DNA of 64,000 bases from contig JBJKQR010000012.1 in assembly GCA_046735395.1 (NCBI GenBank), positions 1 to 64,000 on the forward strand. Direction: 5' to 3'. The stretch's first letter is position 1. Every line of letters begins with the position of its first letter. Shown here piece after piece: positions 19,569 through 29,644 of this stretch. Source of the stretch: Fidelibacterota bacterium. Lineage in GTDB: Bacteria > Fidelibacterota > Fidelibacteria > Fidelibacterales > DSDE01. Under the pieces are notes generated by a model that saw nothing but the letters and a program-made list of their open reading frames with translations, was not told the origin of the DNA and did not search any database. The translations under genes and the position numbers were made by a program.

Positions 19569-20237
19569 ATGCTGGAAAAAAAATCGTCATCCATGATTAC
19601 CATGGGCGTCCTGCTGCTCGTGCTTCATTTCATCAACCTGTTTCTCATCCTGGCCTATGCTCCGCTGGAGGCGACGATGGGAATGATTCAGAAAATATTC
19701 TATTACCATGTACCTGTGGCCTGGGCAGGTTTTCTGGCCTACTTCATCACCTTTGTCTATTCCATCCTTTATCTGGTGAAGAAAGACCGGAAATATGACC
19801 GGATTGCCCATGTGTCGGCGGAGCTGGGAACGGTCTTCTTCGTACTGGTTCTGGTGACCGGCCCGATCTGGGCCCGGTATGCCTGGGGCCGCTACTGGAC
19901 CTGGGAACCCCGTCTCACCACCTCCTTCATTCTCTTTGTCCTGTTTGCCGGATATCTGCTCCTGAGGCGCTTCGGCGGAGAATCGGAAAAAACCGCGCGC
20001 TTTGCCGCAGTACTCGGTATCATCGCCTTTCTGGATGTACCGCTGGTGTATTTCTCCATGAACTGGTGGGCTCCGCAGGTATCGGCTCATCCCCGGAATA
20101 TCGGCCTGCAGCCGGAAATGAAAACCGCTTTCTTTTTCTCGCTTTTCGTGTTCACGCTGCTGTTTGTCTATATGCTCATTGCCCGCATACGGACCGCTCA
20201 TCTCGAAGATGAATACGAGGCGCTGAGCAGAAAATAA
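19569..20237 (+). CDS. ccmC: Heme exporter CcmC
   Basis: IFYYHVP, TGPIWARYAWGRYWTWEPRLT (WWD domain), C-terminal HP. Confidence 0.93.
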   Translation: MLEKKSSSMITMGVLLLVLHFINLFLILAYAPLEATMGMIQKIFYYHVPVAWAGFLAYFITFVYSILYLVKKDRKYDRIAHVSAELGTVFFVLVLVTGPIWARYAWGRYWTWEPRLTTSFILFVLFAGYLLLRRFGGESEKTARFAAVLGIIAFLDVPLVYFSMNWWAPQVSAHPRNIGLQPEMKTAFFFSLFVFTLLFVYMLIARIRTAHLEDEYEALSRK

Positions 20238-20261
20238 TTTCGAATCCTGAAGGAATATATC

Positions 20262-20387
20262 ATGAAAAATTTTACACCTACATTTATTACCTATATCCTG
20301 ATCTGGCTTGTGCTGGGCGCCTATTACGCCACCACGCTGGTCAGAGGGCTGAAGCTTTCGGAAAAGATCAAATCCCTCAAATCATGA
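20262..20387 (+). CDS. ccmD: CcmD-like 41-aa membrane protein (absent from the ORF track)
   Basis: AAGGA SD; MKNFTPTFITYILIWLVLGAYYATTLVRGLKLSEKIKSLKS has a single TM and basic tail. It follows ccmC and its stop overlaps the next ATG. Confidence 0.75.
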   Translation: MKNFTPTFITYILIWLVLGAYYATTLVRGLKLSEKIKSLKS

Positions 20388-21007
20388 CGCTGCAGCGCAT
20401 CGAGAATTCGTCATTCCAGGTCAATACCTATCTGTTGATCCGGGATAACGAGGCTGTCATCGTGGATCCGGGAGAAGAGTTCCGGCTCATCGAAAAGCAG
20501 CTGGCGGACCGGTCCCTGACTCCTGTGGCCATCGTCAATACCCACGGTCATGTGGATCATGTGGCCTCGGCGGCGCAGTTCCGGGAAAAATACGGCATTC
20601 CATTCTGTCTGGACAGCCGGGATCAATACCTGCTCGATCATCTGGAATCCAGTTGTGAACGCTATGATCTTCCCTACAGCGGAACACCTGTCATTGACCG
20701 GGACCTGGCCGGGGCAGAAAGCTTTGATATCGCGGATTTCCATTTCGATATACTGCACACACCCGGACATACTCCCGGAAGTGTCTGTCTCCGATGGGAG
20801 AATGTGTTGCTCACCGGCGATACGCTCTTTTATCGCAGTGTGGGACGCAGCGATTTTCCCGGGGGAAAGCAGAGTGACCTGGAACATTCCATCCGGGATA
20901 TTCTCTACAAATTACCTGAATCACTGCCCATCCATCCCGGACATGGCCCGTCCAGCAGTATCGGACAGGAAAAATTTCAAAATCCCTTTATCCGGCTCAT
21001 CTCCTGA
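20384..21007 (+). CDS. MBL-fold metallo-hydrolase (glyoxalase II/YcbL-like)
   Basis: THGHVDH, TPGHTPG, TGDTLF, GRSDFPGG, PGHG. Confidence 0.9.
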   Translation: MTLQRIENSSFQVNTYLLIRDNEAVIVDPGEEFRLIEKQLADRSLTPVAIVNTHGHVDHVASAAQFREKYGIPFCLDSRDQYLLDHLESSCERYDLPYSGTPVIDRDLAGAESFDIADFHFDILHTPGHTPGSVCLRWENVLLTGDTLFYRSVGRSDFPGGKQSDLEHSIRDILYKLPESLPIHPGHGPSSSIGQEKFQNPFIRLIS

Positions 21008-21071
21008 TTTCTGTTATATTTCCGCTGCTGTAACTGCCTGCCAATGAGCCTCGGATTCAGAATGTTAGTGC

Positions 21072-21100
21072 TTGAAAAATTCCGGGAAACGACGTAATTT
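21072..21100 (+). promoter_or_regulatory. sigma70-type promoter of the hrcA operon
   Basis: TTGAAA-17 nt-TAATTT. Confidence 0.6.
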
Positions 21101-21124
21101 TCACGGTTAAAACGGAGGACCCGA

Positions 21125-22150
21125 TTGCGCTCTGACATACTCTCAAATACGATTCTGGAGTGTATCGTGCGTGAATACGTGGATACGGCACAGACCGTTT
21201 CCTCCATGCGGATTGTGGAAAAATACGGCTTGCAGGTTTCCTCGGCGACTGTCAGAAATATCATGTCCCGGCTTGAGGAGAAGGGGCTTCTGACTCATAC
21301 CCATGTCTCATCCGGCCGCATACCCACAAATAAGGGTATGAAGTATTATGTGGACACGCTGATGAAGAACGAGGATATACCGCGAAGCATACGCGATGCC
21401 GTCGATTCCACCTATGAAAATGTCCAGACGGATCTGGAGTATGTGCTGCGTCTGACCAGCCGGCTGATCAGCAAATTGTCGGAAGAGATCGGAGTCGTCC
21501 TGTCGCCGCTTCTGTTCAACGGAGTCCTGGAGGATATTGAACTGGTGGAGCTGGCCGGAAACCGCTTTCTGCTCATTTTGCAGATTGACGGCGGGATCGT
21601 GAAGACGCTGATGGTGGAGTCCGATTCCGAAATCGAGAAACGGCGACTGCCGGTCGTCCGGGATCTGCTCCGGGAACGGCTGAGGGGACTGTCCCTGGCG
21701 GATGTCCAGTCACGGCTGCTCCGCAGCTTCAGTGACCTGCCGGAGAAAGATTATCATCTCGTCCAGAAAATATTTCATCGCATTGAAAATTCCGTCACAC
21801 CGGAATTGCATAACGGTTCCAATTTTGAATTTCTTGAGCAGCCGGAATTTCTCTCCGCTCCCTCCAGTCATTCGGTAATCTCTCTGCTCAGGACGGATAA
21901 TTGGCTTCTGAAGCTCCGTCGTCATGTATCCTTTCGGGAACGCAATGTACAGACCCTGTTCGGACATGAGATTAATTTCATAGAAGGTGACAACTGCGGT
22001 GTCGTGATGCGGAATTTTCAGATCAAGCAGCTCGAAGGCCTGCTGGCGGTGGTTGGCCCGGCGCGCATGCCCTATCACCACATTATTCCGCTTCTGGATT
22101 TGATTTCGGAAAAGATCAATGAAAAAGTGCTCGAAAGGAGTGAGTATTAA
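21125..22150 (+). CDS. hrcA: Heat-inducible transcriptional repressor HrcA
   Basis: GGAGG SD plus TTG; SSATVRNIM..LE..G, HVSSGRIPT..G..YYVD, VGPARMPY. Confidence 0.92.
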   Translation: MRSDILSNTILECIVREYVDTAQTVSSMRIVEKYGLQVSSATVRNIMSRLEEKGLLTHTHVSSGRIPTNKGMKYYVDTLMKNEDIPRSIRDAVDSTYENVQTDLEYVLRLTSRLISKLSEEIGVVLSPLLFNGVLEDIELVELAGNRFLLILQIDGGIVKTLMVESDSEIEKRRLPVVRDLLRERLRGLSLADVQSRLLRSFSDLPEKDYHLVQKIFHRIENSVTPELHNGSNFEFLEQPEFLSAPSSHSVISLLRTDNWLLKLRRHVSFRERNVQTLFGHEINFIEGDNCGVVMRNFQIKQLEGLLAVVGPARMPYHHIIPLLDLISEKINEKVLERSEY

Positions 22151-22152
22151 GA

Positions 22153-22797
22153 ATGCCTGATTTGAAGTCAGACAAGGAAAAGGATGTAGATACAGACGCA
22201 GCGGCAGCTGCTGATGAAGTGCAGACGAATGAAGCGGTTCAGACTGATGAACCCAAAAAGAAAAACGGCAGGAAGGAAAAGGCTAAGGCCAAACCGGTCC
22301 GGAAGGATGAGACGGTATCCAAAAAGGATTTTGACAAGCTGTCCGGAGAACTTGCCGATGCGCTCAGTGACAATCTGGATCTGAGGGACAGATATATGCG
22401 GACTCTGGCGGAATTTGAAAATTTTAAAAAACGCAGTCTAAGGGACCTGAGCCGGTCGCTGGAACTGGAAACCGAGAAGATACTGCTGAATTTTCTACCG
22501 GTGGCTGATGATCTGGACCGTGCCCTGAACCACGCCCGGACTGAAAAGGATCCGGAAAAACTGCCGGACGGTATTGAACGGGTAAAAAATAAATTTATCC
22601 AGGTGCTGAAGGGCTTCGATGTGGAACCCTTTGAGTCCGCCGGAGAACATTTTGATCCGGAGCGGCATGATGCCCTCATGACGCGGGTCGAAGCCGACAA
22701 AGATGAAGATATGGTGCTGGAAGAATTTGAAAAGGGCTTTGTCCGGGGTGACCGGGTCATTCGCCACGCAAAAGTGATAGTGAGCAAGAAAGACTGA
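22153..22797 (+). CDS. grpE: Nucleotide exchange factor GrpE
   Basis: [37 protein letters not shown]. Confidence 0.95.
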   Translation: MPDLKSDKEKDVDTDAAAAADEVQTNEAVQTDEPKKKNGRKEKAKAKPVRKDETVSKKDFDKLSGELADALSDNLDLRDRYMRTLAEFENFKKRSLRDLSRSLELETEKILLNFLPVADDLDRALNHARTEKDPEKLPDGIERVKNKFIQVLKGFDVEPFESAGEHFDPERHDALMTRVEADKDEDMVLEEFEKGFVRGDRVIRHAKVIVSKKD

Positions 22798-23921
22798 TGG
22801 CAAGAGATTATTATGAAATACTGGGTGTCAACCGGGGCGATTCGGCTGACGAGATAAAGAAGGCTTACCGTAAGATCGCTGTGAAATACCATCCCGACAA
22901 GAATCCGGGAAACAAGGAAGCGGAAGAGAAATTCAAGGAAGCGGCCGAGGCCTATTCGGTGCTTTCGGATGAGCAGAAACGGGCCCGCTATGATCAGTTC
23001 GGAGCGGACGGCCTGAAAAATAACGGTTTCAGCAGTGCCGGATTCCACGATTTCGATATTTCCGACGCGCTGCGGACCTTCATGGAAAACCTGGGCGGCT
23101 TCGGCGGTTTCGGAGATATTTTCGGAGGTGGAGGATCCAGCCGCGGCGGCCGCAATAATCGGGGTACAGACCTTCGCATCACCATGAACCTCACGCTTGA
23201 GGAAATTTACAGCGGAGTCCAGAAACAGGTTAAAATCAAGCGATTTGAACCCTGTGATTCCTGTCAGGGCAATGGAGGCAGCGGTGTGCAGAGCTGTCCC
23301 GCCTGTCATGGAACGGGAGAAGTCCGCGAACGGATGTCCTCCTTTCTGGGGCAGATGGTAAATATCCGTCCCTGTTCCCATTGCCATGGTGAGGGCGTTG
23401 TCGTACAGAATAAATGCCGGCGCTGTGGCGGTGACGGCCGGATCAAAGCGGAAAAGCTTGTGGATATCACCATTCCTGCCGGCGTATCGGCGGGTCACTA
23501 TATGACGCTGCAGAATGAAGGAAATTCCGGTGTCCGGGGCGGACGCAAGGGATCTCTGATTGTTGTGTTTGATGAGATTGACCATTCCACCTTCGCGCGG
23601 CATGCTGATGATATTTATGTAAGTGTCGTTGTAAGCTGGCCTCAGGTGGTAATGGGCGATGAAATAACGGTTCCCACACTGGACGGATTGGTGTCCCTGA
23701 AAATTGCTCCCGGGTTCCAGAGCGGAAAGATTCTACGCCTGAGAGGAAAGGGGATGCCTGTACTCAGAGGGGGATCCCGAGGCGACCAGTTCGTGAAAAT
23801 TCAGGTGGAAACACCTCAGAATGTAAAGGGTGAGGAAGAGGATTTTATCAGAAAATTGTTTAATCTCTATGCAAAAGACGCAAAAGATAAGTATATTCGT
23901 CTCGAAAAATTTAAACCGTAG
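22797..23921 (+). CDS. dnaJ: Chaperone DnaJ
   Basis: J domain with HPD, G/F region, four CxxCxGxG repeats. Confidence 0.97.
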   Translation: MARDYYEILGVNRGDSADEIKKAYRKIAVKYHPDKNPGNKEAEEKFKEAAEAYSVLSDEQKRARYDQFGADGLKNNGFSSAGFHDFDISDALRTFMENLGGFGGFGDIFGGGGSSRGGRNNRGTDLRITMNLTLEEIYSGVQKQVKIKRFEPCDSCQGNGGSGVQSCPACHGTGEVRERMSSFLGQMVNIRPCSHCHGEGVVVQNKCRRCGGDGRIKAEKLVDITIPAGVSAGHYMTLQNEGNSGVRGGRKGSLIVVFDEIDHSTFARHADDIYVSVVVSWPQVVMGDEITVPTLDGLVSLKIAPGFQSGKILRLRGKGMPVLRGGSRGDQFVKIQVETPQNVKGEEEDFIRKLFNLYAKDAKDKYIRLEKFKP

Positions 23922-23930
23922 AGGTGAGCT

Positions 23931-24314
23931 ATGATATTCACTAAACAGGAACGGAATATCATTCTTTTTGTAGTACTGGCTCTTCTTGCCGGCTTTGTCT
24001 GGTTACTTGTGAAGAAATTAATACTTCAGCAGCCCGTGGATGATGATCTGCTGAGACGGACTGAAACCGTTCTGGAAAAGGAAGCGGAAGCGATGGATTC
24101 CGAGATGAATATCGCTGAAGCTGTATCCGTGCACATCAATACGGCGACGGTGGGAGAGATTGCTGCGTTGCCCTATATCGGGGAGGCGAAGGCCAAGGCA
24201 ATCGTGAAGTACCGGAAGGAAAACGGCCCCTTCAAATCCGTTGATGATCTCGTTCTGGTCAGCGGTATTGGTGAAAAACTGCTGGATAAAGTCAGAAAAT
24301 ATATCGAATTATAG
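23931..24314 (+). CDS. comEA: ComEA family helix-hairpin-helix DNA-binding protein
   Basis: N-terminal TM; INTAT..LPYIGEAKAKAIV.YR..NGPF..VDDL..VSGIG. Confidence 0.88.
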   Translation: MIFTKQERNIILFVVLALLAGFVWLLVKKLILQQPVDDDLLRRTETVLEKEAEAMDSEMNIAEAVSVHINTATVGEIAALPYIGEAKAKAIVKYRKENGPFKSVDDLVLVSGIGEKLLDKVRKYIEL

Positions 24315-24329
24315 TATTTAGGAGGAATT

Positions 24330-25085
24330 GTGAGCGACGCAAGTTATTCCGGGACCCTGTCCTTTATCGTAAAATGGATTACGGTCCTGTTGATTGTTGT
24401 CATGTTATTTGTGATTTACGTACCCAAGGCTGTGTGGAAAAGTGAAGACCAGTATCGGAATCTGGCTCACTGGAAGATGCTGCAGCTCTGGGATGCTGAA
24501 GAAGCTTATCATAGCCTGACAGGTGATTATAATACAAATCTGATGGACGTCATGAATTTTATTTCTCAGGTTCGCGACTCCGTTCTTGCCGATTCCATGT
24601 ATGCAGGTGATCAGTATATTAAATTTAAAAATGAACGCCATCGTATCACGATTCCGGATTTCTGGGCTGAAGCGTTTGATACAATGTTTGCCTTTCCCTA
24701 CATGGGGAAGGATTCGTCGCTCGAGACTATCTATACGGCCGTGGTTCCCAATGAAAACACCGGTATAAATGATACGACCTATTATAACAAAACGAAGGAT
24801 CGGTTTATTTATGCGGACTCGCTCTGGACAGGCTGGATCATTGACACGACGACAGAAATGCGCTATGAAAATGTTCAGAAATATAAACGTTTCAACCTTG
24901 TCGATTCCATGATGATCTGCCCGCTAACACGGAAACCCTACACCGTCAAGGACCTGCCTGACGGAAAAATATCCATTGTCAGCCCGACCAAAGGTGGACT
25001 GAATTTTTCTGTTCATACGTTCTGGACCTTTGTGGACACCGGCCACGGGTCCATCATCGATGGTGTGCCAACCTGGAAAAAATAA
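24330..25085 (+). CDS. Hypothetical single-pass membrane protein
   Basis: AGGAGG SD plus GTG; N-terminal TM followed by a long helix and beta-rich domain; operonic position. Confidence 0.7.
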   Translation: MSDASYSGTLSFIVKWITVLLIVVMLFVIYVPKAVWKSEDQYRNLAHWKMLQLWDAEEAYHSLTGDYNTNLMDVMNFISQVRDSVLADSMYAGDQYIKFKNERHRITIPDFWAEAFDTMFAFPYMGKDSSLETIYTAVVPNENTGINDTTYYNKTKDRFIYADSLWTGWIIDTTTEMRYENVQKYKRFNLVDSMMICPLTRKPYTVKDLPDGKISIVSPTKGGLNFSVHTFWTFVDTGHGSIIDGVPTWKK

Positions 25086-25097
25086 GGACGACATCCC

Positions 25098-26039
25098 ATG
25101 CTGGGTATCAGTCTCCATGAAAAGTATCTGAGTTTTGCTGCCGTCACGGAAGACGGAGAATCAAAGGTCATCGACCAGACGGGAATTGTCGAATATCCTT
25201 TCCGCATGACGAAAAAGGAACTGCTGTCAGGGAATTCGGTGCAGGATCTGATCGGTATTTTCAAGGATCTCCGGAATGTTCTGGAGTTTCCGCAGAATAC
25301 GAGCAGCCTGTCACTTCCGCCTGAATTCGTCACTATCCGGACTTCTGCAGCAGCTGCCGGTGCCGATGAGGAGGATCTGAAGGATTTTCAGCGTTGGGAC
25401 ACCTCCGTAAAAATCGGCCAGGATTCCTACGGCCTGCTCAAGAGACAGCAGATTATCTCCTCGGATGAAAATGGACTGACTGCCATCGGGGTTTTCTTCT
25501 TTCCGAAAATTCTGGATCATATTCTGGAGGCCGCGGATTTTGCCCGGCTTGGTATCCGCCATATTGATATCGCCCCTTTTGCGGCTTATGAAACCGTTCG
25601 CAGAAATTATGACACCTCAAATTATCAGCGGTTCAGCCTCATTCATTTTCAGAAAAATCATATGATTACGCTGACGATCTACGATCGGGAACGGCTTCTG
25701 AATTTCTGCCGTTTCCGGCTGACAGCAGGCGGCCCGGTCTTCTATACTGCCTATGACCCCTTTCTCCTTGAAATAGCTCAGCTACTTCAGGAACCGGAAT
25801 ATTCAGTCAAACTGTTTGAACGGCTCGGCCCCGTCTTTGCTTACGCAGACACGGCCAGTATTCTGGAAATCTGGGAAAAAGTGGATAAAGCCTACTATAT
25901 GGAATTGGTTAATCCCTTTGTTAATTATTCGATTTTCAAGAAGACAAAAGTGATTGAACACGATAATGAGGCTCTGAACGATAATATCTTCGTGGAAGTA
26001 GCCGGAACTCTCTTCAGGGGGATGGAGAACAATGATTAA
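25098..26039 (+). CDS. Hypothetical protein, PilM/actin-like fold suspected
   Basis: N-terminal LGISL strand, SLPPEFVTIR, and LGIRHIDIAPFA, which resembles the PilM VD..PFA segment. Confidence 0.45.
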   Translation: MLGISLHEKYLSFAAVTEDGESKVIDQTGIVEYPFRMTKKELLSGNSVQDLIGIFKDLRNVLEFPQNTSSLSLPPEFVTIRTSAAAAGADEEDLKDFQRWDTSVKIGQDSYGLLKRQQIISSDENGLTAIGVFFFPKILDHILEAADFARLGIRHIDIAPFAAYETVRRNYDTSNYQRFSLIHFQKNHMITLTIYDRERLLNFCRFRLTAGGPVFYTAYDPFLLEIAQLLQEPEYSVKLFERLGPVFAYADTASILEIWEKVDKAYYMELVNPFVNYSIFKKTKVIEHDNEALNDNIFVEVAGTLFRGMENND

Positions 26040-27321
26040 ATTCAATCTGCTGCATCCTGATGATGACTTTCCCGAAAATCTCGAAAAAGATGAACTTGAT
26101 ACGATCGATGAGCAACCGGAGCCGGAAGTCCGAGATTATCCCGAACCTGTTTCCCGGGAGGACGGTCTGGATGAGACGGTACTGTCTGAACTGGACGAGT
26201 ACAAGCAGAGCGGCCCGGATATTGAAACATTCGAGGATGAGGACTACGAGGAGGATGATGAGGATGAGGATTACGAATCATCTCATCATTGGGCGCTAAT
26301 CTCAGGCCTCTCCGTCGTTGTCCTGATTGCTGCGGTCTGGATTGCCTTTATTCTCGGAGTTCTGCCTTCTCCTCTGGATCGGACTGTTCAGAGTATCAAA
26401 GATAAAATTGTCGTGATGGTCAGCGGGGAAAAACTTCCTGAAGCAGCTATCAGCGAAGAACGTATTTTTGAAGAGACCACTCCCGAGCCGGCTGCGATGG
26501 AAGAGACGGCCGGAGTGAAAATTTCGGAGACACCGTCTGAAGCTGTGTCGAAATTTGTTCCCGAATCCATTGTCAAGACTGTTCCTGAACCGGAACCTGA
26601 ACCTGAACCCGTAGCCGAGCCGGATACGGTACAGGAGTCTGTCGCCACACAGGCCGCAATACTTCCTCCACCCATCAGTCCCGGTCCCGAAATGCCCGAT
26701 CTGTCCAGATCTGAGTATGAGCAGCTTACGATGGCTTCTGCCCGGTCCCAGGCTTTTCTCGAAAACAGTATAGCCTTCATCCGGCTTTTCCCCAAGGGGC
26801 TTTTCATCTCAACCCTCAGCTGCTCACCCAACGAATTGGTATTGGAGGCCAAAGCCCCGAATTCTGATATTTTCAAGGTGTTCACACAGGAAATGAAACA
26901 GTCAGGGCTCTTTTCACACTTTGTCTATACCCCGGATAATTCAGCGGATGACACTACGCCGATGGCTCTTTTCCGGGGGGATTTCAAACTTGAATATGAC
27001 AATTCGGACAATGACCTCTATAATCTGGATTCGAAACGGTTCATCAATTATGTATCGGACATTGCCGGACGTGAGAATATGGAGCTCAATGATCAGAGAT
27101 CCTTTACGGTGAACAGCGATCTGCAGAAAGTAAAGACCACCATGCATGAACTCGGATACTACGCCGATGTGGACAGGATCCAGAATTTCCTCAGCGATCT
27201 TCTGTCCATTCCGGGCACCTTTTCCGTGGAAAAAATATATCTCAGCCGAAAATCTACCGATTCGTTTCCCGATCCCATCAAACTTATGCTGTATGTCAGT
27301 CTGAACGAAAGGGGTGAATGA
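26032..27321 (+). CDS. Hypothetical bitopic membrane protein, PilN/PilO-like
   Basis: N-terminal FNLL, acidic linker, one TM, PE repeats, and two C-terminal alpha/beta segments. Confidence 0.45.
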   Translation: MIKFNLLHPDDDFPENLEKDELDTIDEQPEPEVRDYPEPVSREDGLDETVLSELDEYKQSGPDIETFEDEDYEEDDEDEDYESSHHWALISGLSVVVLIAAVWIAFILGVLPSPLDRTVQSIKDKIVVMVSGEKLPEAAISEERIFEETTPEPAAMEETAGVKISETPSEAVSKFVPESIVKTVPEPEPEPEPVAEPDTVQESVATQAAILPPPISPGPEMPDLSRSEYEQLTMASARSQAFLENSIAFIRLFPKGLFISTLSCSPNELVLEAKAPNSDIFKVFTQEMKQSGLFSHFVYTPDNSADDTTPMALFRGDFKLEYDNSDNDLYNLDSKRFINYVSDIAGRENMELNDQRSFTVNSDLQKVKTTMHELGYYADVDRIQNFLSDLLSIPGTFSVEKIYLSRKSTDSFPDPIKLMLYVSLNERGE

Positions 27322-27848
27322 CTCGGATTATTTCCGGAAAATTCGGAGGTATTCGTCTGGTCTCCCCAAAACATTCCATTCGGCCTACCGCCGATAAAGT
27401 CAAAGAGTACATTTTCAATGTCTGCCAGAATGGTCTACACGGTGCAGTCGTCGCCGACCTTTTCTCCGGAACCGGTGGATTGGGGCTGGAGGCTTATTCC
27501 CGCGGCGCAGAAACGGTGGATTGTGTGGACTCCAGTTTCAAATCCTGCAGGCTGATCAGAGAAAATCTTGAAAAATTACAGAGTCCTGATACCGTGCGCA
27601 TTCATGAACAGAAATCGGAAACCTTTATACGGAATCAATCGGCGCGCTATGATTTTGTCTTTGCTGATCCCCCTTATGATTACGTTTTGCCTGATGAATT
27701 TTTTCAGCAGGTAAAATCGTCCCTGAAGGAAGGCGGGTGCTTTATCTTTGAATATCACAGCAAATGGATGATTCCGGAACCCTTTCCCATGAGTATCCGA
27801 AAAAGCCGAACTTTCGGAGAGACAGGAGTATGGATTTATGAAATCTGA
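27318..27848 (+). CDS. rsmD: 16S rRNA m2G966 methyltransferase RsmD
   Basis: RIISGKFGG, RPTADKVKE, DLFSGTG, FADPPY; adjacent to coaD. Confidence 0.92.
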   Translation: MTRIISGKFGGIRLVSPKHSIRPTADKVKEYIFNVCQNGLHGAVVADLFSGTGGLGLEAYSRGAETVDCVDSSFKSCRLIRENLEKLQSPDTVRIHEQKSETFIRNQSARYDFVFADPPYDYVLPDEFFQQVKSSLKEGGCFIFEYHSKWMIPEPFPMSIRKSRTFGETGVWIYEI

Positions 27849-28326
27849 AGAACGTCGTGCCATCTATCCCGGTACCTTTGATCCTGTAACCAACGGCCAT
27901 CTGGATATTATCATCCGCGCATCCCGGCTCTTTGATCATGTGGTGGTTGCTGTCGGGATCAATTCCCGTAAGGAACCGCTCTTTTCGGTGGAGGAGCGTG
28001 TCGCGCTCCTGACTGAAGTGGTGGGAGAGCTGCCCAATGTTTCCGTGGATACCTTTCAGGGGCTTTTAGTGGATTATTGCCGGGAACAGGGAGCCATGGC
28101 CCTGATCCGTGGCCTCCGGGCCGTATCGGATTTTGAAAATGAACTGCAGATGGCGCTGGTGAACCAGAAGATCGGGAAAAATATCGATACGGTATTCCTC
28201 ATGCCCAATGAAAAGAATACTTATCTGAGTTCATCTATAATCAGAGAAATTGCCAGGTATGGCGGGGACGTGTCTCCCTTCGTGCCGGCCTGCGTGGAAA
28301 AAATGTTTGAGGAAAGGAAACGTTAA
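27838..28326 (+). CDS. coaD: Pantetheine-phosphate adenylyltransferase
   Basis: YPGTFDPVTNGHLDII, RGLRAVSDFE, SSS. Confidence 0.97.
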   Translation: MKSEERRAIYPGTFDPVTNGHLDIIIRASRLFDHVVVAVGINSRKEPLFSVEERVALLTEVVGELPNVSVDTFQGLLVDYCREQGAMALIRGLRAVSDFENELQMALVNQKIGKNIDTVFLMPNEKNTYLSSSIIREIARYGGDVSPFVPACVEKMFEERKR

Positions 28327-29315
28327 TGTCAAAGATACTCGAAGCTGTCCGGGAAAATGCCCGGCAGACTACAAATATTAAGCTGGTCCTGCCGGAAGGG
28401 CACGATCCCCGCATTCTCAGTGCCGCGCGCACCATCGTGGATGAAGGGATTGCACGGGTAGCCGTTATGGGCGGACAGGTGGAGCTGCGCAGTACAGCCG
28501 ACCGGGCCGGTGTGAATCTCGACGGGATAGAACTGATTACTCCCGGAAAGGATTCGGATTATGAAGCCTTTGCGGATGAATATTTTCAGCTGAGACAGGC
28601 CAAGGGCATGACACGGGAAAAAGCGCTGGACACTCTGACGGACAGCACCTTTTTCGGTGCCATGATGCTGAGAAAAGGCCGGGCCGACGCCTGTATCTCC
28701 GGTGCTGCCAATGCGACGGCCCACGTGGTTCGGGCGGCCCTGCAGATCGTTCAGACCAAACCGGGGAATTCGGTCCTGTCATCGGATTTTCTCATGATTG
28801 CTCCGGATGACAGCCGGGCTCTGTCCTACGCGGATTGTGCCGTCATGCCGGATCCTACTTCGGAACAGCTGGCCGACATCGCCTGGGCTACGGCTCAGAC
28901 CCATGAGTCGGTTTTTAATACAAAGGCTGTAGTGGCCCTGCTCTCCTTTTCCACAAAAGGATCGGCGTCACACCCTCTTGTGAACAAGGTGACGGATGCG
29001 CTCCGCATTGCCCGTGAAAAGTACCCGTCCCTCGCCATCGACGGGGAATTGCAGCTGGATGCGGCCCTCATCGAAAACGTAGCGAAAAGCAAAGCCCCCG
29101 GTTCCACCGTGGCAGGCCGGGCCAATGTTCTGGTCTTTCCTGACCTCAATGCAGGCAATATCGGCTATAAACTCACGCAGCGCCTTGCCGGATATGATGC
29201 CGTGGGGCCGGTGTTTCAGGGCCTGAACAAGCCCATACACGATCTGTCCAGAGGCTGCAGCGCCACCGATATTGTCAATCTCGCCGCCATTGCGGCCCTG
29301 CAAACCAAGGAGTAG
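28326..29315 (+). CDS. pta: Phosphate acetyltransferase
   Basis: LPEG.DPR, ADCAV.PDP, LSFSTKGS, DGELQLDAA, FPDLNAGNIGYKL, DLSRGC. Confidence 0.93.
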   Translation: MSKILEAVRENARQTTNIKLVLPEGHDPRILSAARTIVDEGIARVAVMGGQVELRSTADRAGVNLDGIELITPGKDSDYEAFADEYFQLRQAKGMTREKALDTLTDSTFFGAMMLRKGRADACISGAANATAHVVRAALQIVQTKPGNSVLSSDFLMIAPDDSRALSYADCAVMPDPTSEQLADIAWATAQTHESVFNTKAVVALLSFSTKGSASHPLVNKVTDALRIAREKYPSLAIDGELQLDAALIENVAKSKAPGSTVAGRANVLVFPDLNAGNIGYKLTQRLAGYDAVGPVFQGLNKPIHDLSRGCSATDIVNLAAIAALQTKE

Positions 29316-29322
29316 TGTCTTT

Positions 29323-29601
29323 ATGCCCATTTATGAATACAAATGCCTCAGTTGCGGAAAACAGTTTGAACAGCTGCGGTCCATCAGCGATGACTCTCCG
29401 CTTACCTGTCCCGACTGCGGAGGCAAGACAAAAAAACTGGTTACCTCCGCCGGCCTCCTGTTCAAGGGCTCCGGCTTCTATATAACCGATTATGCATCCA
29501 AGAACGGCAGCGGATCCGCCGCGTCTCCCAAACCCTCCGCATCCTCATCCGAACCCAAAACGCCGGCCCCTGAAAAGAAAAATAGCGGCTCTGCTGAATG
29601 A
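29323..29601 (+). CDS. FmdB family zinc-ribbon protein
   Basis: MPIYEYKC..CG, CPDCGG, FKGSGFYITDY. Confidence 0.9.
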   Translation: MPIYEYKCLSCGKQFEQLRSISDDSPLTCPDCGGKTKKLVTSAGLLFKGSGFYITDYASKNGSGSAASPKPSASSSEPKTPAPEKKNSGSAE

Positions 29602-29644
29602 GGTCGCGGTCAATCCATGATTTTCGAAGGAAAACGAATACGAT

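Noticed and set aside
21044..21074. CIRCE upstream of hrcA (TGAGCCTC...TAGTGCTTG)
   Set aside because: Too many mismatches and the wrong spacing versus TTAGCACTC-N9-GAGTGCTAA.
22239..23603. 454-aa minus-strand ORF
   Set aside because: Antisense shadow of grpE/dnaJ with no recognisable motifs.
26584..26610. CCTGAA/CCGGAA hexamer repeat as a contingency locus
   Set aside because: It is an in-frame Pro-Glu linker with synonymous variation, ordinary low-complexity coding sequence.
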